DNA of 64,000 nt from Rebecca billardiae RCC1528 (Eukaryota; Protista; Haptophyta): NCBI GenBank assembly GCA_965240325.2, contig OZ251232.1:1364001-1428000 (forward strand), in the 5' to 3' direction. This document shows, piece after piece, positions 11,699 through 23,785 of the stretch. The position numbers were made by a program, and so were the translations under genes. The first letter of the stretch is position 1, and the number at the start of each line of letters is the position of its first letter. The notes beneath the pieces were generated by a model. That model worked only from the letters and a program-made list of their open reading frames with translations. It did not search any database and was not told the DNA's origin.

Positions 11699-14600
11699 AT
11701 GACGGGCGCGCGCGGGCAGGGCCAGGCAGTAGGGCCTGCGAAGGCCAACGAGCCCGCGGCGGCAGACCCCGTCGTGAAGTTCAGCGAGGCGCTCCCCGCG
11801 AGCGGCGCGTCGGCACAGCTGTCCGCCGCGACCGGCGGTGCAAGCAGTGGCGCTGGCGAGGACGGCGCACGCGCGAGTGGAGCGCGAGCGCAGGGCGCGC
11901 AGCACGTGGCCGGTGGCGCCGCCGCCGCCGAGGCTGGCCTCGATGACGCCGCCGCCGCCGAGGACCACGAGCACGATCCGCTCGAGCTGTGGTACGCGTT
12001 CGCGCAGGTGACGCTCGGGCTCACGAGCCTCACGTACATGGTGCTCGTGCCCGTGCGGTTTGCGATGCTGTACACGGTCGATGCCACGTACGTGTTCGAC
12101 TACGCGCTGGACGTGATCGCGACGGCGGCGCTCGTGCCCACGCTGTGGGAGATGTGGCTGCTCGCGCTCGAGAACCACGACGAACGGTACCGCAAGGCGC
12201 TGATGCTCGAGGCGATCGCCAAGGGCGAGGACGGTGTCTCGGCCGCGCGGCGCCAGATCCAGCTGCAGGCGAGCGCGCGGCCGCCGCGCTCCTCGTGGCA
12301 GATGTCACGGCCGCGGCACGGCCACGCGCACACCTCGCAGGTGATGGAGCACGCCGCCAAGTCAATGCGGCGCACCATGTCCGCGGGCACCCTCGCCAAG
12401 GCGCGCGGCGCGCGCGTGCACGCGTTCGCGCCGTCGCTCGCGGCCGACGACGTGGCCGAGGAGGCGACGGACCGCGCGCCTCAGCGGATGCCGCGCGGCG
12501 CGCCGATGCGGCAGAGCGTGCAGGCGGCCAAGCACACCGCCGCCGAGCAGGGCACGAAGGCGAAGGAGCTGCTGTCCAACTCAGCGATGCGCTTCGGCCA
12601 GCTCGCGCTCGTGCTGATTCGACTCGTGCAGCGGCCGCAGAGCATCTCGCTCGCCGACTATCTGTCAGATTTCACGTCTGTCGGCTTCAACTTCTTCCTG
12701 ATGCTGTCGTGCCTGCCGTGGGACCTGGTGTGGCTCGGCGTGCTCGGCTTCGAGAACGCGTACCCCACGTGCGCGCCGCGCGCCGCCGCGCCGCGCTGCG
12801 GGGCGGCGCGCGCGCGCGCGCGCGTGCCGTCGCGCGCCGACTGAGCCGCGCGCATTGCGACCCCGTCGCGCGCGCGCGCGCGCAGGATTCCGTTCGTGCG
12901 GCTCACGCGGCTGCTGGTCGCGCTGCGGCTGCACTCGTACCTGCGCATGCTCGCGCTCAACCAGCGCATGGGGTACACGACCACCAAGATCATCAAGATC
13001 ATGACGTGGACCTTTTTGTGCGCGCACATGATGGCGGTGTTGTTTTTCCTCGCGGCGCGCCTCGGGTACTGCGGTGAGCAGGGCGACATGCTGGACGACC
13101 CGCTGCTCGCCGTGCTGTACCGGCAGCACGGCGGCCTCGCGCCCGTGTGCGGGCACTACGAGCGCGCGGTGTGGGTCGACGTGCAGCCGGGCGTGCGCTG
13201 GACCGCCTTCTCCATCGAGGGTGCGCGCGCGCGCTCCCGCGCGGCGTTGCGGGCGTGCACGCGCGCGCGCGCCGCGCCGCCGCGCTCACGCCGCCGCGCC
13301 ACGCTCACGCCGCCGCGCGCGCCGTGCAGAGCTGCCCGTGACCACGCTGTACCTGCGCTCGCTCTACTGGGCGTTCATGACCCTCACGACGGTCGGGCAC
13401 GTCGACAAGATCGACCACGGCACGCCCTTCGAGTTCTGCTTTGCGATCGGGCTGATGCTCGTCTCGACCGTGGTGTACGCGTACACGCTCGCCGAGATGA
13501 CCTCGCTGCTCATCGGGCAGGACGCCAAGATCGAGCGGTACCGGCGCAAGCTCGCCTCGGTCGAGAAGTACCTGAGCAAGCGGCGGATCGACGTGGACAC
13601 GCGCGTGCTCGTGCGGCAGCACTTCAAGTCCGCATACGAGAACGAGGACGACAACGACGACGAAATCATCGGGCACATGCCGCGCGCGCTGCGGCAGCGC
13701 GTGCTGCTCTCGGCCAACGCCAAGCTGCTCTCCTCCGCCGCCTTCACCATCGGCGTGGACACGACGGTGACGGACGCGCTCGCCGCCGCGATGGGGCGTG
13801 TCGTCTTCATGGCGGACGAGAGTATCATCGAGCAGGGGGTCGTGCCGCTCGAAATGTTCATTCTCGAGGAGGGCCGAGTCTCAAAGGACCGCGACCCGAT
13901 GAAGCGGAGCCGCTCCTCGGGCGCCGGCTCCGCCTCGGGGTACGACTCGGAGTACGCGCGCTCCGAGGCGGGCGACTCCGACGCTGACGCGCTCTCGTCC
14001 GCGCCCGACGAAGCCGAAGCCGACTATCGCCTGGACGAGCTGGACGAAGACGAGGTGCGGAGCTGCGGTGGCGGGAGCAAGGAGGAGAGTGGGGAGATGG
14101 ACTCGCCGCCACGCGCGTCGCAGCACGGCTGGCGCCACGTGGTGGGCAGGGCGATGGGCGGCGCGGCCGGCCTCTCGCGCGGCCGCGACATCTCGAGCTC
14201 GAGCCTCGGCACGGCCGGCACCGAGGACGAGGGCTCGAGCGTGAGGCGCGGGACCACCCTTGGGCGCGGGCTGCCGAGCAGCGGCGGCGCCGATGGGCTG
14301 GCCGCGGCGGCGGGGTGGTCGCAGAGCAGCCGGCAGGCCTCGGTCGTGGGCGTGAGCAGACAGCGCAGCACCGCCTCGCGCGACAGCTCCAAGTCCGCGC
14401 GCGGCGGCGCCGGCGCCGGCGCCAAGGCCGGCCGGCGCGGCGCCAAGGCGCGGCGCGCCAAGCGGCGCGCCAAAGGCTCCATCGTGCTGGAGGAGCCCGG
14501 CTCGACGCTGTGCGACGCGGCGTTTGTGTTTGGAGTGCGCAACCCATACACGGCTGTCGCGCACGTGCGCTCGACGCTGCTCACCATCCGGCGCGGCGAC

Positions 14601-16953
14601 TTCGGCGCGGTGATGGCCGAGTTCAAGGCGGACGCCGCCACGATCCGCGAGAACCTTCTCAGGGCGGTGCAGCACGAGAACGACCGCAGCTTCCAGGCAA
14701 AGCTGCAGGAGATGCAGAGGATGAAGCAGGAGACGACGGTGACGGAGATGTGCTACGCTGCGGGGCAGGGCGACGTGAAGCGGGTGCTCATCCTCGCGTC
14801 CGACATCGCGCCCGACATGGGTGCGGCGCCCTCGGCGCGCGCGCCCTCGGCCGCGGCGATGGCGCGCGCGCCCGCGCCCCACGCCAAGCTTGGGCCCACC
14901 CACCCACGCTCGGCCGCGCCCCCGCCCCGCCGCGCGCGCGCGCACGCGTGCGCTCAGGCGACTACGACGGCCGGACGGCGCTGCACGTGGGCGCGTCCGA
15001 GGGGCACCTGCACGTGTGCAAGGCGCTGCTCGAGCTCGGCGCGCGCGTCAACGTGAAGGACCGGTGGGGCGGCACGCCGCTGCGCGACGCGCTCGACAAG
15101 GGCCACATCGAGCTTGCGCGCTACCTGCACGCGCGACACGCCAAGCTGCTGATGAGCGAGACAGACATGGCGGGCAAGCTGTGCGAGGCGGCGAAGGCGG
15201 GCGAGCTCGAGCTGATCAGGATGTACCTCAGCTGCGGCGCCGAGCCCAACGCGGCAGACTACGTGCGCGCGCGCGCCGCCCCGAGCGCGCGCCTCGCGCC
15301 GCGGCGCGCCTGCGCGCGCACGCGCGCGCCGTGCGCGTGCGCGCATCAAGCTCGCAGCGCCCGACTCCTGCGTGCGTCACGCGTCACGCTCCTGCCGCCG
15401 CGCGGCCGCGTGCCCCGCGCTCCGTGCCTGCCGGCAGGACAAACGGACGCCGCTGCACGTGGCGTGCTCGGAGGGCAACAGCGCGATCATCCGCGTGCTC
15501 GTCGATTACGGCGCGGACAAGTCGCCGGTCGACCGCTTTGGCAACGTGCGCGCGCCTCCGCACCGCGCGCGCGCCCGCGCGCCGCGCGTGCGCACGCGGC
15601 ACGCGACGCCGTGTTGTCTCACGCGCCGCTGGCGGTCGCGCGCGCGCGGCACTTGGCTCGCAGACGCCGCTGCACGACACGCTGCGGCACGGCCACCGCG
15701 ATCTCGCCGCCGAGCTCGCGGACAGCGGCTTCGAGCTGCTGCTCGGCGAGGCGCAGCTCGCAGGAGAACTGTGCGAGGCGGCAAAGGCGGGCGAGCTCGA
15801 GCAGCTGCGCGTCTTTGAGCGGTGCGGCGCCACGCTCGACTCATCGGACTACGACCGGCGGACGTGCCTGCACGTGGCCGCGTCCGAGGGCAACACGGCC
15901 ATCGTCGCCTTCCTGATACAGCACAGAGCGAGGGTCAACCCCATCGACCGCTTCGGCAACGTGCGCGCAGCGCAGCGCAGCGCAGCGCAGCGCAGCGCAG
16001 CCTGCGCTGCGCTGCGCTGCGCTGCGCTGCGCTGCGCTGCGCTGCGCTGCGCTGCGCTGCGCTGCGCTGCGCTGCGCAGCGCAGCGCAGCGCAGCGCAGC
16101 GCAGCGCAGCGCAGCGCAGCGCAGCGCAGCGCAGCGCAGCGCAGCGCAGCGCAGCGCAGCGCAGCGCAGCGCAGCGCAGCGCAGCGCAGCGCAGCGCAGC
16201 GCAGCGCGCAGCGCAGCGCAGCGCAGCGCAGCGCAGCGCAGCGAGCGGCGTGCCGCGCCGTGTCGGCGCGCGCGCCTCGTGCCGCGCGCGGCCGCGCTCA
16301 CGCGCCTCGACCCCCGGCCCTGCCCCCGGCGCGCGCGGCGTGCGCAGACGCCCCTGCACGACTGCATCCGGCACGAGCACCACGCGACCGCCGCGCTGCT
16401 GCGACGGCACGGCGGGCTCATCGCCTTCACCGACCCGAGCATGGCGGCCACGGGCGATGGGCTTCTCTTCGACCAAGCCTACCTCTACCCTGGGGAGATG
16501 GGCCTAGGGCCGTTTGCGCGGGAGCTCACCTCGCTGTGCAAGTGGAGCGACGAGGACGCGGCGGTGGTGGTCGAGCGCATCGCCGCGTGGGACTCGATGA
16601 TGACGACCGTCGCCGACCTGCGCGGCATGTCCAAGCAGGCGTGGGCCGAGCTCTCGCGCTTCCTGCTCGCCGACTCGCAGGTGGGCACGGCGAGGTGGGG
16701 CCCGAGGCGCGAGGGCATCTGCCGCGAGCGCGCGTACGCGACGACGCACGTGGTGGACGAGGGGGTGACGCCCGACGCGCTGCGCGCCAATCGCGCGTCG
16801 GGCGACAGCCTCTCGGGCGCGGCGTTTGTGATGGGCTCGACGCTGACCGCCGAGGAGACGGGCCGTGCGGGCGCACCCGCCGCCACCGCCGCCGCCGGCG
16901 ACGCGGCGCGCGCGGCCTCGGGCGCGCGTGCCGAGCCTCTTGAGTCTGATTGA
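11699..16953 (+). CDS. Shaker/AKT-SKOR-like 6TM cation channel with cyclic-nucleotide-binding-like domain and ankyrin repeats
   Basis: S4 FVRLTRLLVALRL, pore YLRSLYWAFMTLTTVGHVD, C-linker, CNBD (FMADESIIEQG...GSTLCDAAFVFGVRNPYTAVA) and ankyrins (DYDGRTALH, DRWGGTPL, DYDKRTPLH, DRFGNTPLHD). Introns 12769-12885, 13221-13329, 14821-14957, 15263-15437, 15546-15663 and 15961-16347 all give an open reading frame on splicing. Confidence 0.9.
15967..16241. repeat. (GCAGC)n/(GCTGC)n pentamer microsatellite with orientation switches, inside intron 6 of the channel gene
   Basis: A GCAGC run, then a GCTGC run, then a long GCAGC run. Confidence 0.95.
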
Positions 16954-17150
16954 TGAATGATGACGACGCGATAAATACTATATATGATCTGCTGAATCGT
17001 GTACCCTGGGCCTGGGAGTGGGACGTGAGCCGTCAGTGAACGACGAGTACGACGACTCGCGATACGTCTGCTACAATATATATAACGCGAGTAGATGACG
17101 CGATGATCGACTCGGTAAATGGTTAGGAGTCGGTTCGCGGGTTCGGACAA

Positions 17151-18877
17151 TGATGGCCCGCGGTGCAGGGCGGAGCGCGCAGCGTGGAGCCCGCACCAGC
17201 GGGCCCGAACAACGTTATTTCAAAAAGATCTTTGATCAAGAAAAAAGGGACGGGGGACGATTTTCATGGCTGGAGGAGACCGAGTTTCGAATTTTGAGAC
17301 CCTCTCTAACATGCATCACGGCCGAAAAAGGTCGCGCCCACGGCAAGTTCATAGTAAAGCGTGGAGTGACGCCCGTCCAAAAAACTTCACGCCCTTTAGG
17401 ATCCCTAACGTAACGAACCGTTACAAGCGATTTTTCCGGCCAATGAGATTGCAGCAAGGTCCAAGGAGCGATGACGTATCTAGATGGAGATTGCCGCGAA
17501 CCGATGTGACCATGTACGTCCCTTGAATCAGTTGAATCAACTATTCAATCGCGCCGTGTCTGTATCAGGAGCCGACGAGGCAAGGGTCAGTAGCCGATGG
17601 GCCAACCTCGGCGAATCTCAATACTATCTGACACGAGTGGAGCCGGCTGCCCCAGCAAAGCCAAATAACCTTGGTTGCCGCGGCTGCGGCGAGACTCACT
17701 GGCTCCGCGAGAGGGGGCGAGCTCGTGCGGCCGCTCCGAGCTCGTGCGGCTCGGAGCGACCGACGGGTGAGGACGGCGATGGGCACGTGCGCGCGGCGAG
17801 TTGCGCCTGGAGCGCGCGGCTGCGGCGGGTCCCGACTGCCGTCGACATCGCGTTCGTGCCCCCGCTCACTCCGCGCGCCCCCGCCGCCCCGTGTCGATGC
17901 CTGCGCGCGGCCGCGCGCCGGTCGGCGCCGGATGCCTGCGCGCGGCCGCGCGCCGGTCGGCGCCGGGGCGCCCCGGCCGCGCCGCGGCAGCCGCCCTGTA
18001 TTCGGGCTCTCGCAAGCTCGGGGGCAGCGGCGCCTGATGCCGGACTGATCGATCTCTGAGTCTTCGACTTCACCACGCGCCGCCCTTGCCATGCCTTTCC
18101 GGGGAGCGCCGACGATCCGAGTCCATCGTCGACGGTCGACTCTGAGCGAGGGCTACGCCTCGGAACTGAACGGTACTCTACGAGGAGGACGAGCTGCGCG
18201 GGCGACGGTGGTGCGTGACGTCCCCAGAGCTGGCTGTGCCTCTGCAACGCGTGCCGAGCCTGATCGAGGTGTGTCAGCCCGTGCACGCGCGGCGTGCGCG
18301 AACGATCCGTGACTGGTGCCCAGTCGCACCTCCGACCTCGGCACCGTGCTCCCTCGGGCTGTCAGCTCCGCGTGGCCTGGCGTGCACGTCGAGTTGCGCT
18401 CATGCGTCGATCACGCCTCGCGCCCGCCTGTCGGCCGTCGCGCAGGCGCTGGTCGAACCCTACTCGGACCAGTGCAAATCATCTAACTATCCTGGCGCTC
18501 GGCCGGTGCGCGGTGACCCGCGGCGGGACAGCGGTCAGTCAGCAGCAGGGGCCCGAACGAATCCGCGGCCCCGCACCGTGCTCCCTGGCTGTCGGCTTCG
18601 CGTGGCCTGGCGTGCACGTGGAGTCGCGCTCATGCGTCGATCACGCCTCGTCGCATCCGCCTGTACACAATCGGCGCCGCGCCGGCGGCTGCGAAGTGCG
18701 CCGATGGGCCCGCGCCCCGGGCGCGGCGGGCGGCGGCGCGCCGCTGGAGTCTAGTTGTACGGGCATGCAACTCCGGGTCTGTCAATAGACGACTGCGATG
18801 GAGGGTGCACCGCCACCGCGGGCCCTGAACTACGTTCGTTCTACGGAAAAGGACCGCGGAACGCGGTCATATTGATG
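17151..18877 (+). mobile_element. Helentron/HINE-like non-autonomous element, copy E1 (distinct cargo)
   Basis: 5' subTIR GGCCCGCGGTGCA at 17155-17167 and partial IR GCACCAGCGGGCC at ~17193-17205. The conserved 5' block (CAAAAAGATCTTTGATCAAGAAAAAAGGGACG) is present. 3' subTIR at ~18806-18824 (with a 6-bp duplication) and hairpin GACCGCG-GAA-CGCGGTC at 18852-18868. Confidence 0.75.
17700..18750 (+). pseudogene. Degenerate gene fragments with host-like introns carried inside E1
   Basis: Frameshifted coding-like segments (e.g. VPTAVDIAF|gtgccccc; LQRVPSLIE|gtgtgtc; gcgcag|ALVEPYSDQ). Internal duplications at ~17896-17965 and ~18341-18420/18573-18650. No product is recognisable. Confidence 0.4.
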
Positions 18878-19286
18878 CTCGGCCCCGGGCTGGCATCAGC
18901 AGGCTGCACGGCCCGTGACGGCTCGCGTGCGCGCGCGCATGATGCGCGTGCGCCACCTGGTTGGCCCAGACACGGGCCAAAATCATGCTCGTTGCCCTCG
19001 TCGGGGGCATTTATGAAGTCGATCATGGGTGCGCCAGTATTTATTCAGCGCCATATAGACTGACCTCACATACGACTGACCCTCACAGTGGCTGAGGGGC
19101 CCACGACTGTTCACCGTATTATAGGCGGTATTAGCTACTCCACCCGAATAATACTCGGTCTCAGGAGTACTTACTACTTAAGCTGAGTCGGACACTCGCA
19201 GACGGGACGGGCCGACGGGTAGCGCTATTTTGGGTTATAAGTCGTGACGACATCAAAGACGATGACGATGAATCACGACGACGATG

Positions 19287-19290
<4 letters not shown>

Positions 19291-19346
<56 letters not shown>
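19291..19346. repeat. (AT)n microsatellite
   Basis: Perfect AT run. Confidence 0.95.
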
Positions 19347-19350
<4 letters not shown>

Positions 19351-20015
19351 CGCCTACTGCTATATACTAGCTATAGTAGACCTATAGAGTCGTCGCGTAG
19401 TAGTGACGTCTGACGAATGTCGAATGACGACGACTGCAGACTATCCGTCATCATCGTCCCGCGATGATCATCGCGATCCAAACCGATCCATCCGACCATA
19501 TCGTCTGTGATCGGGCGGTCGTCGTACGTAAAGTAATACGACTACTTGTCGTCGTCGACAGACGACATCATCGTCTTATTATTGGATTATTTAGTGCTGA
19601 CGATGACATCTACTGTCGATCTTACGACTGCTCGTCTTGGTAGTAGTCATCGTCGTCATCAGCACATCTAGGGGCCTCACACGCTGCAATCAGACGCAGC
19701 TACTCGTCATTCTTGTAGTTGTGACCACTTGCGCGTATGCGCGCGGACGGTCCCACGTGAATCGCAGTGTCCGGTGCCCGGGTGCGGCGGCTGCTCTGGC
19801 CTCTGGGCGTCTGAAAAAATCAAAATGCGCGCTGGCGATAAATCCCGCCCAAGCCGTGGCGCCTTGACCCGGACCGGCACGGCCGGCTCCGCGGATTCGA
19901 AACGCATATCCGATCGTCGATCAGCACGCGCCGTCGGTACAGTATCGCGGACTACCGCCACATGCTACCGCTCCAGCACGATGCCAACGACCGAGACGAT
20001 CGCACGAGCTTGCGC

Positions 20016-20965
20016 ATGAGCATGCCATCGCCAGACAAGCCCATCCTGCTGCCACTTGTGGGCAGGGTCGCGGCGACGATGTTCGATGCGTCGGCGACAG
20101 CGCTGAAGCGCGCGACGCCCCTCGCAGAGCACCTCCTGCACTCCATCACGACTGGAGCCCCGCAAGAGGGGAGCCAGCGGCGCGACGTGGCGCCATGGAC
20201 GATCATTGATGAGCGCTTGTCCATCCTCGAGCCCGAGCTCCGCAAGCGCATCCTCGAGCTGTCGGCGGACGAGAATGTATTTGGGTGCAGTGAGCATGGG
20301 GCGCACGTGCTCACCAATGATGTGGAGGAGACGGTGCCCCTGGCAAGGGCCGCCCTCGACGCGGACCCTCGGCTGGTAGCGCTTAGGTACAAGCTGGTGC
20401 CGGCGGCATTGAGCGAGCAGGCCTTCTGGCGGTGCTACTTTTTGTGCGCGCACGGCGAGGCGAGGTCGGAGGATATGCGCCGCCGCGGCCGATGGTGCAA
20501 CAACGCGTGCGACCTGTGCCCGCGTCTGATGGGCGGCTCCGGCCTTCCCGCGCCGCCCTCGCGTGCTCCCTGCCTCGTGGTCGCAGGGCTGTCTTCCGTG
20601 AGCGTCACGCCCTGCTCGTCGACTACGCGGCGACGAACCACAACGAGGCGCGCGCCGACGCCAGCCCGGCTCCGTCCCGGCTTGACTCCGTGGTGGGCAC
20701 CCCGTCGACACGTGCGGTCCAACTGCTCGCGAGATGGGACGCGCAGCAGGCGGACGCCACGCCAGCGGCCCTCTCGCCCACAGCGCCTCCCGCGGCTGCC
20801 GCACCCGACGCCGCCGAGGAGGACTGGGAGGCGATGCTCCAGGCGGAGCTCGAGTGCCTGAGCCCGCACCTCCCGGCGTCCATGCTGCACGACATGGATG
20901 AGCGGCTCGCAGAGGTGCTCCGCTCGCCCATCTTCACCGCGCGCGCTCGGATGCACCTCGAGTAA
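20016..20965 (+). CDS. BSD-domain protein (SYAP1/Dos2-like)
   Basis: LRKRILELSADENVF...ALDADPRLVALRYKLVPAALSEQAFWRCYF is a typical BSD signature. Intron 20444-20586 joins in frame to AVFRERHALL. Confidence 0.85.
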
Positions 20966-21387
20966 TGGCACGATGCCGCACGATACCGTGAGGCACGTGC
21001 GCTGTTGTGCAGGCGTGATTCGCGAGTGCACTCTGGCTCCGGCTGAGTCTCGGAGGACACGTGCTTCAGCAGATATATTTATATTCATTTTCGCGCGCCG
21101 CCGCGGGCGCGACCGGCCGACCGCGTCGCGCGCGGCGCGCATGCCTCATGCGCGGCAAGCCGGCATACTACGGTTGCGGGTTGGCGTTGCCGCATACATC
21201 ATGTCAATCAATTATTAATCTGGCGGTCTGCTGAGTGCTGTGCCTGTGCCCGCTGTGGCGCTGAGTCGCCTGAGACTTGAGAGGCTCGGCGCCTCGGGCT
21301 GCTCGGTCCGAACTTCGTCGTATTCAGTTTACTAATAAGATCGATCAATAAGAGACGCAGCACACAGCTCAGGCAGGCGAGATTGTA

Positions 21388-21843
21388 GTGGGGTCAGAGC
21401 TCCGACCGTTACACTCTCGGGTGCCACCATCTCCCGAATAAATCTCTTGCTTATAGCATGAACTATCACACGGGTAACTAGTATTTACTTGGACGAACTA
21501 GTTAGTAGGCGTTAAGGCTTAATTCCAGGGTGTAGAATCCGCCTGTGCCAATTTCAGACTGCCAAAATGTGACGATCTAGACGGTGCGATTCTGGTGCAA
21601 ATAGCGAGGTCACCTTGGAGATCGGGTATCTCCCCTACTAATGTTGCCGAGGTCGCGTCGAGACTCGAGATTGAGGTCGTATATCTATCCAGTATGTGAA
21701 ATGTTTTCGCAAAACTTGTCAGCGTGACCCCAGCTCATTTCAGGCGAATATTGACATCCCGAAGTTTGATTGAGAGCCCCATCTCAAGACGACAGGAAGT
21801 TGGATTTTGGGCCACGCACCCCCCAGTGGGGCTCTGACCCCTC
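21388..21843. mobile_element. ~456-bp MITE with 13-bp TIRs and TA target duplication (Tc1/mariner-type)
   Basis: TA|GTGGGGTCAGAGC ... GCTCTGACCCCTC|TA, with 1 mismatch. A homologous inverted copy lies at 39466-39883. Confidence 0.75.
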
Positions 21844-22172
21844 TAGCGTCCGAACGATGTCGATTATGGCCCGCGGTGCAGGGCGGAGCGCGCAGCGTGG
21901 AGCCCGCACCAGCGGGCCCGAACCACGTTTCAAAAAGATCTTTGATCAAGAAAAAAGGGACGACGGGGGGCGATTTTTAGGGCTGGCGGAGACCGAGTTT
22001 CGAGTTTTTGAGATCGCATAGAGGTCTATTCGGCCGAAAAAAACCGCGTCCAGCTGATTCCGTAAGTAATCGATGGACGTGAGCGGCCGTGACTTTAACG
22101 TAACGGTTCGTTACGAGCGCGCTTTTAGGTATGAGATTGCCGCCAACCGCCAACCGATAAAAACGGACACCA

Positions 22173-22294
22173 CTCGCCTGAGCAATCATGAGCTGTGTGC
22201 GTCTCTTATTCTGAGTAAACTGTATAGTATGATCAATCAGTACTATACAGTTTACTAAGAATAAGCAGAGACGCACACAGCTCAGGCAGGCGAG
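22173..22294. repeat. ~120-bp foldback hairpin (mini-MITE-like)
   Basis: Arm TGAGCTGTGTGCGTCTC-TTATTCT-GAGTAAACTGTATAGTA pairs with TACTATACAGTTTACT-AAGAATAA-GAGACGCACACAGCTCA. Related partial copies at ~21325-21383 and ~40454-40480. Confidence 0.75.
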
Positions 22295-22879
22295 ATTAGT
22301 TTACTCATGAATATGAGACGTCGACGCCGCCTCTGATGAAGCGTACCCAACTCGCGAAAAATGAGACGTCGACGCCGCCCCTGACTATTTAAAGCGTCAC
22401 GAACTCGCGAAGCTCAAAACAGGGGGCTGCACCCACACAGGCGAGCCCTCCTCCTCGACCCGGCGACCATCGGTGTGGACGACCGCGCGGAGCGCGCGCC
22501 GCGCGCGCGGAGCGCGCGCGGCCGCGGGCGCCTCCCGCGCGGGCGGCGTACGCACGCACGCGCGCCCGCCCGCGCGCGCGTCCGCGTTTGCGGGCGCGCG
22601 CGGATCAGCCATCAGGCTTCCGTGTCGGGGCGTTGCGTTCGACATGCGCCATGTCGTGCCATGTCGTCACGGCGTGCGCATGTGCGTACTCTCGGTGGGG
22701 TGGTGCGCGGGCGGCGGCGCTCTCCTGATTTCTACCCCGCGCCCGTGTCGCTGTGCGTGCGCGCTGCGTCGCGCAGGCACGCAAGTGCGCGGGAGCCATC
22801 CGCGTGCTCGCGACCGGACGGCCGGCCGACGGCCGGCATCCGGCCGGATGGAGACAGAGCAGACAATTGACAGGCAGGT

Positions 22880-23540
22880 ACTCGCGTGGAGGCGCTGGGC
22901 GCCGAGCCGGCGAAGCGCGACGCCGAGCTCGACGCGTGCGCACAGAGGCGCTGGGCGCCGACCTGGCGAAGCGAGACGCCGAGCTCCACGCGCACGCGGA
23001 CGCGCTGGGCGGTCGCGCTGCCCTTGTCGACGCCCTGCAGCAGCTCGAGCAGGTGTGGACGGCCCTCGAAGCGACCGTGGGCGAGCGCGCGCCGCTCAGC
23101 CTGCCGCTGGCCGCCGCCATCCTCGAGGCCGACGCGGCGGAGCAGGCGGCGGGCGAGCACGGCGGCGCGGTGGAGCAGGGCACACGTGCGCCGGGCGGCG
23201 GGCGCGACATGCCACTCGCTTCGTTCCACCCCGAGCTCCGCTCGGTCTGCGCGTGGCTGCGCAGCGTGGGCGGGCAGCTAAGTGACGCGCGCTCTCGCCA
23301 TGCCGGCCCGAGGCGCGCCGGCTGAGCGACCAGCGGCCCTTCGTCGAGCGCATGGCGCAGCGCGAGCACCTCAAGCTGAAGCAGGTGCGCCCGCACGCGC
23401 GCACGCGCCGGCCCGGCGCCGCGCGGCGCCTCTCGCCCTCTCGCCCTGCGCGCGCCGCCGCCCCGCTTCCCCGCGCGGCCCGTCCGCGCCTCTCGCCCTG
23501 CGAGCGCGCCGCCCCGCTTCCCCGCGCGGCCCGTCCGCTG
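22880..23540 (+). pseudogene. Captured coiled-coil gene fragment in E2
   Basis: LSLPLAAAILEADAAEQAAGEHGGAVEQ...PLASFHPELRSV...LSDQRPFVERMAQREHLK..Q|GTGCGCCCG intron. It is frameshifted and homologous to the cargo in E3 and E4. Confidence 0.7.
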
Positions 23541-23785
23541 GTGTCCCATGCCACCCTTGGCCGTGCGCGCCCGCATACTCGCCCCGAGTCCGAGACTCGG
23601 TCTCGGGTCTGACTCTCCCTCTCAGAGTGGCTGAACTGTCTTTCTGACTCGGACTGACTGACTCGTCAGTCTCATTCTCAACCACTGCGCCGCGGGCCCC
23701 CAACTGCGTTGGTTCTACGGAAAAGGACCGCGGAACGCGGTCATATTGATGATGTAGATGATCGACTTATTATTTATTCGGATAT

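Larger units (their letters stand above)
21864..23751 (+). mobile_element. Helentron/HINE-like element, copy E2
   Basis: 5' subTIR at 21868-21880 plus the 5' block shared with E1. 3' subTIR TGCGCCGCGGGCC at 23686-23698 and hairpin at 23726-23742, followed by ATATTGATG as in E1. Confidence 0.8.

Noticed and set aside
15967-16241. Repetitive SAAQR/CAALR peptide or CRISPR-like array
   Set aside because: It is a pentamer microsatellite inside a GT-AG intron, with no spacers and no cas genes.
21345-21360. ATAAGAGAC resembling a Tn5/Nextera mosaic end
   Set aside because: Only a 9-nt match, and it is embedded in a genomic hairpin repeat family present several times.
22313-22410. CTGATGA...GAAA resembling a hammerhead ribozyme core
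   Set aside because: Stems I and III cannot be formed and stem II has an extra base. The region is better explained as a ~48-bp degenerate tandem duplication.
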